From positions 7,397,352 to 7,459,351 of the forward strand of contig MU053934.1 in NCBI GenBank assembly GCA_013239625.1: a stretch of 62,000 bases of DNA. Direction: 5' to 3'. Under the pieces are notes generated by a model. The model ran no database searches. It saw only the letters and a program-made list of their open reading frames with translations, and had not been told where the DNA came from. Both the position numbers and the translations under genes were made by a program. This DNA comes from Lama guanicoe (taxonomy: Eukaryota). This document shows, piece by piece, positions 23,419 through 35,489 of the stretch. Numbering within the stretch: position 1 is the first letter of the stretch; each line of letters begins with the position of its first letter.

Positions 23419-25603
23419 CTGCAGGCACAGGCCACAGGTGAGTGGAGGCAGCCACACAGGCGGGGGAAGGGAAGGGTGGGGAAAGGGAGGCAGGGGGATC
23501 CACCTGAGGAAGACAGCAGGGCTCTGGCCTGGACTCTGCACCCAACTTGAGACTTGGTCTCCCCAGCACCAGCGGGCCTGGGTGGGGATCCTGGCTCTGC
23601 TGACCACTCACTGTGTGGCCCTGGGAGAGTTCCTTTCCTTTTCCCAGTTTCTAAAACAGGGCAGCAAGGTCCCTACCTCCTATCAGCAGGCTGATGGAGT
23701 ATCAAGAGGCAAACACAGCACGCTGACTGTGTACTAGTATCGCCACAGTAACCACCACATCTGTAAGTGTCCTCGACTGGATCCTGAACTGCTCGAGGGT
23801 AGGCCCACACTCCCCACCTTGCTACCTGCAGGCCTGACACACTGTAGGTGCTCAGTGAAAGGAAAGGCTGCACCTGCTGGGAGGCCAGCTCTGGGCAGAT
23901 GTGCAAAGGAGCCCCACTGAGAGCTCACGCGCACCTGCCTAGGACTGCAGGGCCCTTCCTGAAAGTGCCACAGCCTTTGGCAGGAGAGGCCTCAGGTCCC
24001 TACATGTGTGGGTGCCTGCAGCCCATACAGTCTGTTCTCCCTGGAGGAACTGAGGGGGCCATGCATGGCTCTCACACGGCCACGGTGGGGGCGAGGTGTT
24101 CCCACTGCAGGCCCCAGGCCATGGCTGCCCCCAGCCCACAGGTCAGGGTGCCTGGACACCACCCAAGCCCTGCTGACTCAGAGGCTCCAATGCGGGGTTC
24201 TGCCTGGTGGGAGAAGCAGCCCTGGCCTACCCCCTTGCTAAACTGAAAGGAACAGCAAACGCCCCCGCTCTTAGACTGGGGGGCTGGCTCAGTGGTATGT
24301 ATTTTCCTGTGCTGATACTACTTTTTGTTCACACATCCTGAAACAAATGAAGATTTATTCCTGTCCTCATGCCGTGTGAGGTACTGCAGAGACAGGCCTT
24401 CCAGGTGGAGCCCTGGGCAGATGCATACGAGGACTGCTGCTCATGGCAGGTGCGGGAGAGGGTGGAGGCTGGCGCCTGGCCATCGGGGGAGGCTCACAAA
24501 GGTCTCGAGGGAGAAGGCCCAGGAGCAGGAAGGGCAGTGGAGCTGAAATCAACACCCAGGGCTCCAAACCCAACTCCATCCATATCTGCATCCCCTGGCA
24601 AACCTGACGGGTGGTGGCATGTGTGGTGGAGGGTGCAGAGAGGCAGTGAGCTCCCTGAGGTAGCCTCTGGGCCTGAGCCCCGCAGCCGGCACAGGTGGGA
24701 ACAGAGCAGGCACGCACGAGTTTGCTGAACTGAACTTAATGAGAAAGGTGAGCTGCGGGTTTGACTCAGAGAGCGTGTGGGTGGAGGTGCCTGGCTGCTA
24801 TAATTACCTGTGTGGCTGCTCCCACCTCAGCAGAGGCTTGGGGAGGAGGCAGAAAGCCCTGCAGAGGAGGAGCCAGACCTCCTGGAGAACCTATGGACAC
24901 AGGAGCCCAGTCACCCTCAGAAGCCGGCCAGCTTCCCCCTCCAGGTTCCAACAAAGCTGGCAGAGGCCTGCAGGCCTGTCCTGGCCAAGAATAGCCCTTT
25001 TTGGCCCCTGGGAGGCAGGAAGCCTGGGGTCCAGTCATGGTCCTGCCCTTTCCACCCTGTGGTTCTGTGTAAGGCCCAGGCCCACTCCCAGCCTTGCGCC
25101 CTCACCCAAGGCACCGAGCCCAGGGCTCCACCCAGAGGACTCAGGTTCAGCAGGACTGGGTGGGGTGGGGGAAGCGCCAGGGGTCCTCGGGAGAAGCCCG
25201 GACTCACGAGTGAGACTGCCCTGGGTTTGATACCCACAATCTTAACCAGCTGTGTGACCCAGGGCACGTCCTTCCCCACCGTTTCCTTGTCACATCTCCA
25301 TGGTGGGCCCACTGGGACAGTTAGGAGGCATATAGGGGGGGGCTGCTCTCAGGACGGTGGGAGACACGACTAACACAAGAGCACTGTGTCAGGGCTGACA
25401 CGACCCTGAAGCCCAGCTGGAGACACAGCGGCCCCAAGTGCACCTTATCTTAGGGACGGATAAGTGACCAGTGCCTGGCACACAGGAGTGCTTGCAATGA
25501 CTGCTTTTCCCCAATGCTGACGGCCTTGGTGACACAATTCTAAAAGGGAGCCTGGCTCTGAGAGCCCCAGTGTGAGGAGGGACATCTGGTCAACAGCTCC
25601 TAC

Positions 25604-25776
25604 CTGTTGGGGTCGGCTGCCCGGAGCCCATTCTCGTTGGTCACGATGACCTTGTAGCAGAGCTCGCCGCCCGGGTTAGGCTTCTTCCGCGCTTCCCGGG
25701 CCACCTCATCCTCACTCTCGTCCTCCTCCACTTCTTCCACTTGCATTATCCCAAACATCTCCCCGGCGTCAAAAAC
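25604..25776 (-). CDS. TTLL12: TTLL12 exon 2
   Basis: VFDAGEMFGIMQVEEVEEDESEDEVAREARKKPNPGGELCYKVIVTNENGLRAADPN; 173 nt. Confidence 0.95.
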
Positions 25777-26399
25777 CTGGGGGACACAGGTGGGGGTGTT
25801 GGCAGGAAACCCCATCCCTGGCCTGTTCCTTCCACCACACCCTGGCTTCCAGGACCCCGAGGAGAAGCAGGACTTATTTACTGCCCATCTACCCACTGCA
25901 CAAGTGGGGAGCCTGACAGGGAGAACGAGGGCTGAACAGACCCCACCCTCACTGGTGCTGTCGTCCAAGGCCCCTCACCCCGTGGGAGCCACAGTTGGAG
26001 GTGGGATCGCATGCACGTGTCCCAGTCACATCTGGTCTGGCCCCGTGCTTTTCAGGGAAAATGAGGCCCGAAAGGCAGAGGGACTGGAAGGGTAAGAACC
26101 TTGGTGGCCAGGGATTTCACCCCAGTTTTGTTCTCATCAGGAGAACCAGTCCAACAGCAGGGCAGTGGAGGCAACCCGGGAGCAAACAGGTGCCCGAGAG
26201 CCTCCTGCAGCCACCCAGCCAGCCCAGGTATGCACAGAGCATGACCTGGGACTAGTCTGGGACAGAAGATAACAGCCTTGGTCCTTGAGTTTCCCTGGCA
26301 AAGTGCAACTGCCATGTGCAGCTGGTGAAGAGGACAAGCCAGTTGCCCCCGATTCAGCCACACTCAACACACCCTGTGTCTGCCATAAATCAGCAAGTG

Positions 26400-26600
26400 G
26401 CCTTGGGGCAGATCCTGCAGCCAGGCCACGTGACCTTGAACAAGTCACTGAACCACTCTGTGCCTCAGTTTCCCCACCCATACAGTGGCAATATTAGAAC
26501 CGATCCAAGATGTTTGTTGGAAGAATTAAATGCTTAACACAAATGAGGAGCTTAGAAACAGCTGAGCTTGTCAGACACTCTGCAAGCACTTGCTACCATT
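26400..26600 (+). mobile_element. MIR SINE fragment
   Basis: gtgaccttgaacaagtcactgaaccactctgtgcctcagtttcccca. Confidence 0.75.
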
Positions 26601-29029
26601 GTGACGCTTCTGACAATAGTCTCCCACCTGGGAAGGGGGGCACCATTCACTTCCAGGAGAGCTGAGAGCAATAAATCAATAAAATGGTGAACAGAAGGTC
26701 CCTGACACATAGCAGGGAGTCAGCAAAGGCCAGCCGCCCCTAAAACCTATTTCTCATGACTCTATTAAAAACCAAAGAAAAATTCATCCAAGCTGTTAGA
26801 AATCAGCCACCTATTCAGGCATAAACAGCTTTCATGTGCTGGGCAGGAAGGCACTTCGGGAGTGTGAGGGTGACTCACTCATGATCTTGCCCCAGGAGCT
26901 GATAGCCGAGTGGTCATTTGAGGACCAAGTAAGTGGTGCTGGGGCCTGGAGGGCCAGGGGAGACTTTACTGGGAAGACATAATCTGAAGTGAGCGGTGAA
27001 GGAAGAGGAAGGTTTAAACGTGTGGCCATGGGGTGGTGGTACAAGGACTCCAGGCAGAGAAGCTGGGGCAGGAAGGGCCGTGGAGCTGCCCAGGTTCATC
27101 CAAAAGGAAGCTCAGGCACTTTCTGGGACGGAGCCTTGGGGGAAGCCACTACCTTCCCTCCAGTTTAGAGATTAGGAGAGAGCAGCTCAGAGATGGGATT
27201 CACACCTGGGGCTTCAACCCAGAACCCCAATCTCCAGCCCTCCACCCCAAAACCTGACGGGAGGGAGGGGGCAGAGGGGGTAGCACTGGGCCTGGGGATA
27301 CAGGGCCTGCCTCAGGCCTGGCTTCTCCCCAGCTGTGAAATGGAGGTGACCATACTCCCTTTACAGAGGGACTGGAGAAGCCCCTTATGAGGTAAGGAAG
27401 GGAGGTGTTTTTGCTGCTGGGAAGTTCCTACAGATAGAAAATAGTTGAAATGTATTTGAACACACTCCCCATCATTTCCAAGGCACCAGCGTCACCGGCT
27501 TGTGGGGGGGTTGCAGAGGCCCCATTCTTCTGTCAGCAGGTGCCTGTTCTGCCGGCATGTGCCCTCCCTACACCTGGACCCACAGCAGGTTTGTCAGAAC
27601 AATGGCTGCAGGTCTGGGTCTGGCAAAGTGGTGACTCACAGCTCTGCCCGTAACCATAATGGCAAGGGAGGGCTGTGGAAAAGTACTGGCTGCCCCTCAG
27701 CAGAGCAACAGTGGCCAGATGGCCTGCAGACCTGTGGCCAGGACGGTGGGGACACTACACTCCGGTGACTGCCTACTACGTGCTGAGCACTGGCTGAAAC
27801 TTATCTCATGCCTCTCCATCCAATCTCCTCCACCAAGACCGTGGGAGCTGGAGCCAAGATTCACGATCCTCACTTACTAGATGGAGACTTGGACTCAGAT
27901 GTGTAGGTGACTTGCCCAAGTGAGAGTTTACTGCACACAGAGCCACACGTGTCCCCACGTCGTGCACCTTTCACCCAGCATACGAGAACCTAGCAAACTG
28001 CTGAGGTCCCCTCCCGCCCCGGCACAGGCCTGGGACCAGGGTAAGTGCCCAGGAAATGCTGGTGAATTGAGGACAAGTCATAGGGGAAGGAAATTCATTG
28101 TTATAAAAGGCACGCACCAATGACACTGTATCTTTTTTACAGCAACTACCTGTGTTTTGAGCAGGAAGGTACATGACCTGACCCTGATTTTAGAGGTAGA
28201 GAAACTGGCTGAGAGGATGGGGTTTGTCCGGCAGCCAGACTCAGAGGACACCCTTTTCCGGGTTCAGAGTTGCATGGCTCAGTCTGCCCCAACCCCAGAA
28301 GGCAGCCCCTGCAGAGGAGCCTGGTTGCAGTTAAGGCACCAACAGCTGGCCCATGAGTGTACTTTGGCTTCAGCACCTGGTAAACCATCAAAAAACAGGT
28401 CCCACCTCTCAGCCAGGACCCGTGGGGAGACCCTTGGGAGGAACAGGCTGGGGTAGGCCGGAAGCAAAATGCAGCCAACCCCACAGAGAGGGGGAACCTT
28501 GAAGTATCTAAGCTCTTCTCGTTTTTATTTAGATTCCATCTCCACCTCCCACAGCCTCAGTTTTCTTTAATCTGCAAAATGAGGGTGACTCGGGGCTCAA
28601 AACAAATGAAGAAACAGGAAAGGATTCTTCTATGACCAGAAGAGCTAAAACCACACATCTATTCCCCGTGATGGAGGTAGTGGCTGAAAGAAAGCTTCTG
28701 GTGCTGAAGTCTGACAGACCTTGGGAGTGTCACTTCCTTTTCCTGAGCCTCAGTTTTCTCAACTGTATGAAGGGAGTGACGAATCTTACTCCTCATGAGA
28801 CTGCTATGGGGCTCGGGTGCGGGGAGGATGCAGCCCCGGGCCTGGCGCACAACAGGAGCCAAAGTTCATTTTGGTTCCAGTTCTCACCATAGCCCTGGCC
28901 CAGCCCCAGGTGCTGGCAAGTTCGGGTACTCAGGTACAGGCTCTTGTCGCCACTCTTAGGCCCCAAACTGCCAAGGAGGTGTCTAAGCTGGTTATCAAGG
29001 CATTCGTGGCTCTTCACCGTCAAACCATC

Positions 29030-30090
29030 TGCCCGTTCCTCCGGCATCGTCCATCCACGCTGCCCCCACCCCGACTCTCCGAGAGTCACACACCCTCTGC
29101 GCGTCTCACCGAGGCTCGTCTCGCCGGGCACAGGCTTCTCCCGCCCCGGAAAGCGCTTTCTCCCCTTCTCCAGGCCGCAAACTCCCCCAGACGCCTTCCC
29201 AGCCTCCCGCACGTGTCTTCCAAGAGGCTCCCTGCCTTCCCACCCCAGCGGTTCTCGGCTAAGAGCCGTCGGCCCGCAGGCCACACCCTTCCTGGTAGAA
29301 GGGTCCAGAGCGATCCACCCCCAGCGCGCCGCGGGCCCGCGCTGACTGGGACTGGGGGGTGCGCGCCTCGAGGACCTGCATCGCAGCTTCCCTGGCCCTT
29401 CGCAAAGGGAGCCCGGGACGCCCCGGGTCCGCTCTGCACCCTGGTTCTCCCGGCCCTCCCCGCGTCGCCCTGGCCCGCACCTCGTGCTCCAGCTTGTGCA
29501 GGAGGCGGCCCCAGTACCGCTCGGGGACCCCCGACGCGCGCAGCGCCGGGCCATGCAGCGCCGCGAACTCTGCCCGGGCCTGCGCGTCCTCCTCCGACTC
29601 CGGGCCCAGCTCCAGGCCCGGCTCCGGGCTGGGCGCCGACTCCGGCGTCAGGACCCGGCTGCTGCGCTCCGGCCCCGCGTCGGCCGCCATGGCGCCTCCA
29701 CCAGCGCCGCCGCAGCCCGCGGGCCCGGCCCTCCCGACTCGGCCCGCCCGCCAGCGCAGTCGCCCGCCCCGCCCTCCTCTGAGCTCCCGGCGGCCCCCGC
29801 CCACCGCCGCCCGCACGCCCGCCCACACGCCCAGCAGGCCGGCTCGCCACAGGCGGCCGGGGCGCGAATCTGGGGAGCTGGACCCGGGGAGCCCCGAGGC
29901 CTGGCCGTCCAAGGGGCGCGCGCGCGAGTGCGCGTGCGTGAGCGCGCGGGTGAAGGGCGCTTTTGTGGCTTGGGGCTGCCGGCGTGTGCGCACGCGCGCC
30001 TGGTGGGGGCGGTGTTTTCTCTCAGCCCGCGGCTGTCCCGGGGGATGCCGGGAGTGAGGCTTGCAGCACCCACGCGGTTGGAACTGGGAG
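29030..30090. promoter_or_regulatory. TTLL12: CpG island / TTLL12 promoter with GC boxes and NRF1 motif
   Basis: Very high GC and CpG density over exon 1; several CCGCCC boxes; TGCGCACGCGCG (29987-29998) fits NRF1 YGCGCAYGCGCR; no TATA box seen. Confidence 0.9.
29481..29690 (-). CDS. TTLL12: Tubulin tyrosine ligase-like 12, exon 1 coding part (ATG at 29690)
   Basis: ggcgccATGG Kozak; MAADAGPERSSRVLTPESAPSPEPGLELGPESEEDAQARAEFAALHGPALRASGVPERYWGRLLHKLEHE|gtgcgg; 14 exons sum to 1971 nt = 656 aa + stop. Confidence 0.94.
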
Positions 30091-30204
30091 GCACCTCGGA
30101 GCCTGACTAGAAGGGCAAACTGAGGCCCAGAGACACGGATGTGGTGGAGCTGCTGCCCCGGCACCGGCCACACATTGACGACTTGCAGACTCCCGGAGGC
30201 TGGA

Positions 30205-31960
30205 GGGGATCTCTAATTCTTTCGAATGCTTCACCAGATTGAGGTGCAGCAAGGTAGTGGCCCTTCTCAGTTTCCTTATATTGCGATTCGGAACGTAAAG
30301 TCGAGGTATTGCAAGGTATTTCAAAGTGCAATTATAGAATTTCAAAAATCATTCTTTGAGCGTTCTGGTTTATCAAGTTTTATTGCTTCCATAGGGATGT
30401 GTTCATTGTTTTCACATTTGCAACTTTTCAATAATTATTTGCTAAAAAGCTCAAAGGCAGAAACTTTTTGGTGCTTTGGTTGTTGAATATTTTGATTAAA
30501 AGTTTTAAGCTGAATTTGAGCAAAATGCACCAGTTTATAGGACTTGTTCAGTGTGACTAAGACACTTAGATTGGTATGCAAAGGTTCAAACTTTTAAACT
30601 CCAGTTGGTGATGATGAAATAAAAGTCCTATTTTATGGCAAGACAAGAAAAACTTAAACATGACCATTTTCTTTGTGCTCCTGGTCCTCCTCTCTCTCCT
30701 CTAGTGTGTATTGTGCATCTGCATTAACCAGACCTTCTTAGGAGATGACATTCCTTCTTAATCTCATCAAGGGTCATTACTCTTTAGGAGATAACCTTCC
30801 TTCTTAATCCCATAAGAGGCCGCAATGATCCATGACCCCACTGCTTGCATCGTCCGTGTAGCTCTGGATTGTATAAACCATCAGTACCACGCCATTTAAT
30901 GTATAGTCCTCTGTCTCAAAAACTTGTATCATTGTGCTTTAACCTGTAATGGATGGACCAATCTTCAGAGCTTTCTGAAAGATTGTTTCCTGGGTTATAA
31001 TTTTCAGTTGGGCTCAGATAAAATTTTCTATTTCTTTCTTAGACTGATGAATTTTTTTCTGTTGACATGGTGAGGAAACATGGTACAGAGAAACACCTGT
31101 TATTGCCGTGCTGAAGTACTTTTTTCTATCTTATATCAGCTTTGTCACAAAACTTTCGTAGTTCAATTACTCTAATGAAAAAATATCTGTAACATTTTGA
31201 CGACTATGATTTCTAATTACATTGGTATAATTTTACAGCTTGTTTGGGTGAAGTTATTAACCACATCCAATTCCAGGTGTATTTCTGCTTCATAAAGTTA
31301 TTAATTTGGTAAGAGTGTTAGCCTCCCCTACGCTGGGCCCATTGAACTTTATGTGAGTGTTATCATTGAAAAAAATGCCTTCAGTGTTCAACTTTTAAAC
31401 TGAATTTAGCTGAGTGGCATTCACAGTAATGTTAGTTTTGACTTTGGACTAAAGCTTAGTTTTGATTCCATGAGTTGGATGAAAGGAATGGAAGCATCCA
31501 GTGACTTTGATACAATATGGTGCCCCCAGTGGAATAATTCCCCTGCCAGTGGAGCCAACACATTAACAGTGAAGTGAGTACAAGAAAACTTGGAATTATA
31601 AAAATGAGTGAAACTAATATAGAAAAAGTATTTGATCTAAGTGAAGAGTGATGATGTACAGGATGAAGTGTCAACCCACTTCTGTGGCTTCATTCATTTT
31701 GAGGCACAGTCTTAAAATAAGTACCAACTTTTGAAGTCAGTGTGATACTTCTGAATGAGAGTTGCATCATCTGGTTTGGTTTCTGGTTAATGATCTCTCT
31801 TTGGCCCCACAGTGAAAGGTAAATGTTGACATTTTCTGAAAGTTTCCATTTCATAGTCAACTCCGAGGAATGGAAATATTGAAGTTAATTTTAAATTAAA
31901 TGTAGACTTAAAAAATTGTATTGCTCCTGAAAAAGTTTATTGCACAATAAGAAAAAAAAT
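30205..31960 (-). mobile_element. Fossil hAT DNA transposon (Blackjack-like) transposase, interrupted by an LTR at 30612-31067
   Basis: Broken minus-strand frames give LVSLIF..., NVLAPLA, KFYNCTLKYL and ETEKGHYLAAPQSGEAFERI, which match my recollection of the Blackjack transposase; AT-rich, many stops and frameshifts. Confidence 0.7.
30612..31067 (+). mobile_element. ERV solo LTR, MER41-like
   Basis: Starts TG, ends CA (...tttttctgttgaca, like MER41 3' ends), flanked by identical TGGTGA at 30606-30611 and 31068-31073; internal 30-bp duplication. Confidence 0.75.
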
Positions 31961-32502
31961 ACTTCTAAACAAAATATAAATAAAAAGCTGTGAATTTATA
32001 CCGTAAGTACAAGAGGGGACAAAACCCTCTGAACAGCCAAAATGTTCAGAATTCTCTATACGATCTGAAGTGGGACCACTCAGCCTCTGTCTCCCTCACA
32101 TGTCTTGTGCACAGCTACTCTGTAATTTCCCCAAGCCTTCGTGCATCTTGTAAGGCACAGAACAGGCACGACTCAGGTGGTAGGTTAGGCAGGGGCAGCA
32201 GGACCTCACTGTGAATATCTCATATATAATATTATATGTAATTAGGTAAGAACTGCTATCTGCTTTACAGACCTGATCACTAATAACAGCTATATTATAT
32301 TATTTATCATGCTTTATAGTCTATGCCTATATAGATATATATTTTGTTTTGAGGAACTGTATGTTGCACTAGCTGAAAACCTGTCATCTTGGCACCTGCA
32401 CCTTTCTCCCTGTCTGTATCAGTCTGTAGTTTATTCACTCCATGGGACAGGAAATCCAACTCAAACTGGCTTCAGGGAAAAAGGTATTTATTGGCTTACG
32501 CT

Positions 32503-32862
32503 GTGCTATGGACTGAATGTTTGTGTTCTCTCCAAACAACATCTTCATATTTTGAAATCCTAATCCCCAGTGTAACTGAATTTGGAAATAGGGCCGGCGA
32601 AGAAGTGATAAAAAGTTAAATGAGGTCATAAGGGTGGGGTCCTAATCCAACAGGGCCGATGGCCTTACAAGAAAAGTAGTAGATGCCAGAGCATTCTCCC
32701 TCTTTACCAAGTGAGAACAGAGCAAGAAGGTGGCTACATGCAAAAAGAGAACTCTCACTGGCACCTGGATCTTGGACTTCCCAGCCTTCAGAAAATACAT
32801 TTTTGTTGTTTAAGCTGCCCAGTTTATGGTATTTTATGGCAGCCAGAACTGTCACGTAACAC
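32503..32862 (+). mobile_element. MaLR solo LTR (MLT1A/B-like), nested in an older opposite-strand MaLR LTR (about 32415-33150)
   Basis: tgctatggactgaatgtttgtg...aaatgaggtcataagggtggggtcctaatcc...tcttggacttcccagcc...tttatggcagcc; flanks read aatccaactcaaactggctt...tttattggct. Confidence 0.82.
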
Positions 32863-33179
32863 ATAACAAAGGAATTCATGTGGACTTAAGGTCCAGCTTG
32901 ATCAAGGGGCACAAATAACTTCATAGGACCCACTTTTTCTGTACTTACCTTTCAGCTCTGCTCTTCTGTGCATTAGCTTCACTTTCTGATATGATTAACT
33001 GTCCCCTTGTAGTGATAAAATAGCTAGCTATAGTAACTCCAGCCTACATCCTCCCAGGGATCCAGTCTCACTGGGGAAGGGAGGCTGAGTCTTTATTGAT
33101 TCTCTCCCACACTGGTCAGGTTGGGTGAATGTCCCTGACCAACCCCTCTGTTTTGCATTATCCCCAAATGCAACTGAAT

Positions 33180-33470
33180 CATCCAGTGCCCAGGGATAAA
33201 AACCCAGCCCTTCATGTGACCTCCAAAACCCTGTGTGATCCAGTTGTGCCGACCTCTCCAGCCTCCTTTTGGCACGCTCTTCCCCTCATTTTTGAGCCCC
33301 ACCTTGCTGCCCACCTTCAGCTGTTAGAGTGGGTCAGCTCACCTCTGCCTCGGGGTTTCACGTGCTCTTCCTTCTGCCTGAGTGCCCTTGCCTTCCTCCC
33401 ACTCATTAATTCCAGCTCACTTGTCAGGTCTCAGCTGAAATGTCACCTCCACAAGAAGCCTCTGAATGTG
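33180..33470 (+). mobile_element. L2 LINE fragment
   Basis: ccttctgcctgagtgccctt...tcaggtctcagctgaaatgtcacctcc...gaagcct. Confidence 0.75.
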
Positions 33471-33489
33471 GTTTAAACAACATAAAATC

Positions 33490-33726
33490 ACATCTCTGTT
33501 TCCCTCAGCCCCCAGGGAATCAGGAGATGGGGCTGAAAGTTCCAGCCCCCTAATGACACTTCTGTCTTTCTAGTGATCAGCCCTCATCCTGAAGTTATCT
33601 AGGGGCTGCAGGCCACCAGACATCTCATTAGCATACAAAAGACGCATCACTCTGGAGACTCCAAAATTTCTAGGGGCTGTGTGCCAGGAACTCAAAGACC
33701 AAATTCACATTTCTTATTGTATCACA
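33490..33726 (-). mobile_element. MER21-like LTR fragment
   Basis: ggggctgaaagttccagccccctaat...ctcattagcatacaaaagac...tgtgtgccaggaac...aagaccaaat...tcttattgtatcaca. Confidence 0.65.
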
Positions 33727-34797
33727 GAGAAATAATTCACCCACCATGACAGTCCACCCTTTTAAAGTACACAGTTCAGTGGGGTTTAGTATATTTGTAA
33801 GGTTGCATGGTGTGCAAACATCATTCTCTGATTCTGGAACATTTCCGTCACATCAAAAGGGAACCCTATACTCATTAACAGTCTCTCACCGTCCCCCATC
33901 CCACTGCCTTCCAGCCCTGGGCAGCCAACCACTTAATCTACCTTCTGTCCCTGTGGGTTTGACTATTCCAGATGTTCATAGACATGGAACATAAAGTATG
34001 TGGCTTTTGTGACTGGCTTCTTTCACTTAGCATAATATTTCTAAGAGTTTCATATTTTAGTATGTATCAGTACTTCATTTATTTATACGGCTGAGTAATA
34101 ATTCATTGCATGAGTATACCACATTTTGTTTGTCCACTGATAAGTTGGTGGACATTTGGGATGTTTCTATTTTTTGGCTATTATGAATAATGCTGCTATG
34201 AACACGTATAAATTTTTGTGTGAATATATATTTTCAGTTTTCTTGGATATATATGTACATGTGAACTTGCTAGGTTTCACTTTTTGAGTAATTGCAGGCC
34301 TGTTTTTGTTACATTTTGCACTTTTGTTAAATTTGTTTCTAAGAGTTTTATTCTTTTAGCTACTATTGTAAATTTTTAATTTCATTTTCGGATTATTCAT
34401 TGTTGGTGTATAGAAATGTAATTGATTTTTGTATATTGATCTTATGCCTTGATACCTTGCTGATTTTATTTATTAGTTCTAATAACTTCTTTTGTGGATT
34501 CCTTAGGGTTTTCTAGATACAAGATCAGGTCGTCTGCAAACAGAGTTTTACTTCCTTTCCGACCTAGAAGCCTTTGATTTCTTTTTCTTGCCGAATTGTC
34601 GAGGCTAAAACCTCCATTGCAGTGGTGGGAGCAGACATCCTGGTCTTGCTCTGCACATCATGTTTTTAAGATGTATCTCTGTTGTTGCATGAGATAATAA
34701 TTAATTTTCATTGCTGTATAATATTTAATCATGTGACTCTATTGCTGTCTTCCACTGATTGATATTTGGGTTACCTGCAGCTCTTTGCTCTTATAAA
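33727..34797 (-). mobile_element. Ancient L1 (L1MB-like) fragments
   Basis: ttttaaagtacacagttcagtggg...tggcttctttcacttagcataat...ggacatttggg...tgattttttgtatattgatctt; continues after the LTR at 35343. Confidence 0.82.
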
Positions 34798-35342
34798 TGA
34801 GACAGGAGTGAAGTGGGCAGGGCCCAACCATTCAAAGAATGGTAGCCGTTAAGGACACCAAAAACTGACTAGAATCTACTGAGCCCAAGATGGTGGAAGA
34901 GTCAACTTCCAGTAGACCTTGAGCTTTATTACTATATGCTCGTTGTAACACATCAGCATGCCAAACACATGTACAGGCTCCAAGACAGTTCCCAGGCTGA
35001 CCCAAAAGGCCAAAAGTAGGTGAGGCCCAATTCCTGGCAATCCCGCCCCTTCCCCATCTTAGTTGGAATAACCCTTCCACTCATTTGCATATGAAATTAC
35101 CTGGCTTATAAAAACTGACCACCTCCACACCTCCTGACCGCTCTCCCTTCTGAGTGAGACAGACTGCACTCTGTCTGCCAAGTCTGTATCTTTCTAAATA
35201 AACTTGCTTTCACTCTACTATGGCTTGATCTTGAATTCTTTCCTGGGAGAAGCCAAGGACCCTCACTTGGCAGGGCACGTCCCAGGGATTCGCCAGAGAC
35301 CTGGGACACAACCAGCCTCTTGTGCCCCATTTTCCTGCAACA
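34798..35342 (+). mobile_element. Well-preserved ERV1-type solo LTR (545 bp) with 4-bp TSD
   Basis: TG...CA ends, TSD TAAA at 34794-34797 and 35343-35346; CCAAT 35027, GC box 35042, octamer 35083, TATAAAA 35107, AATAAA 35197. Confidence 0.85.
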
Positions 35343-35489
35343 TAAACATGAGGATGTGAATATTCTTGTGTGCTTCCTGGTTCCATTTATAACTAGAAAG
35401 GTTGATCTGTATCCTGACTCTCACCACATCAATTTTTACCAACTTAGTGTCACAATGGTGTGTCTTTGTTGCCTTCATTTGTATTTCTG

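Noticed and set aside
28793..30173. Several 200-320 aa ORFs on both strands over the CpG island
   Set aside because: Low-complexity Pro/Arg/Gly/Ala products expected from stop-codon depletion at very high GC; only 29481-29690 matches TTLL12
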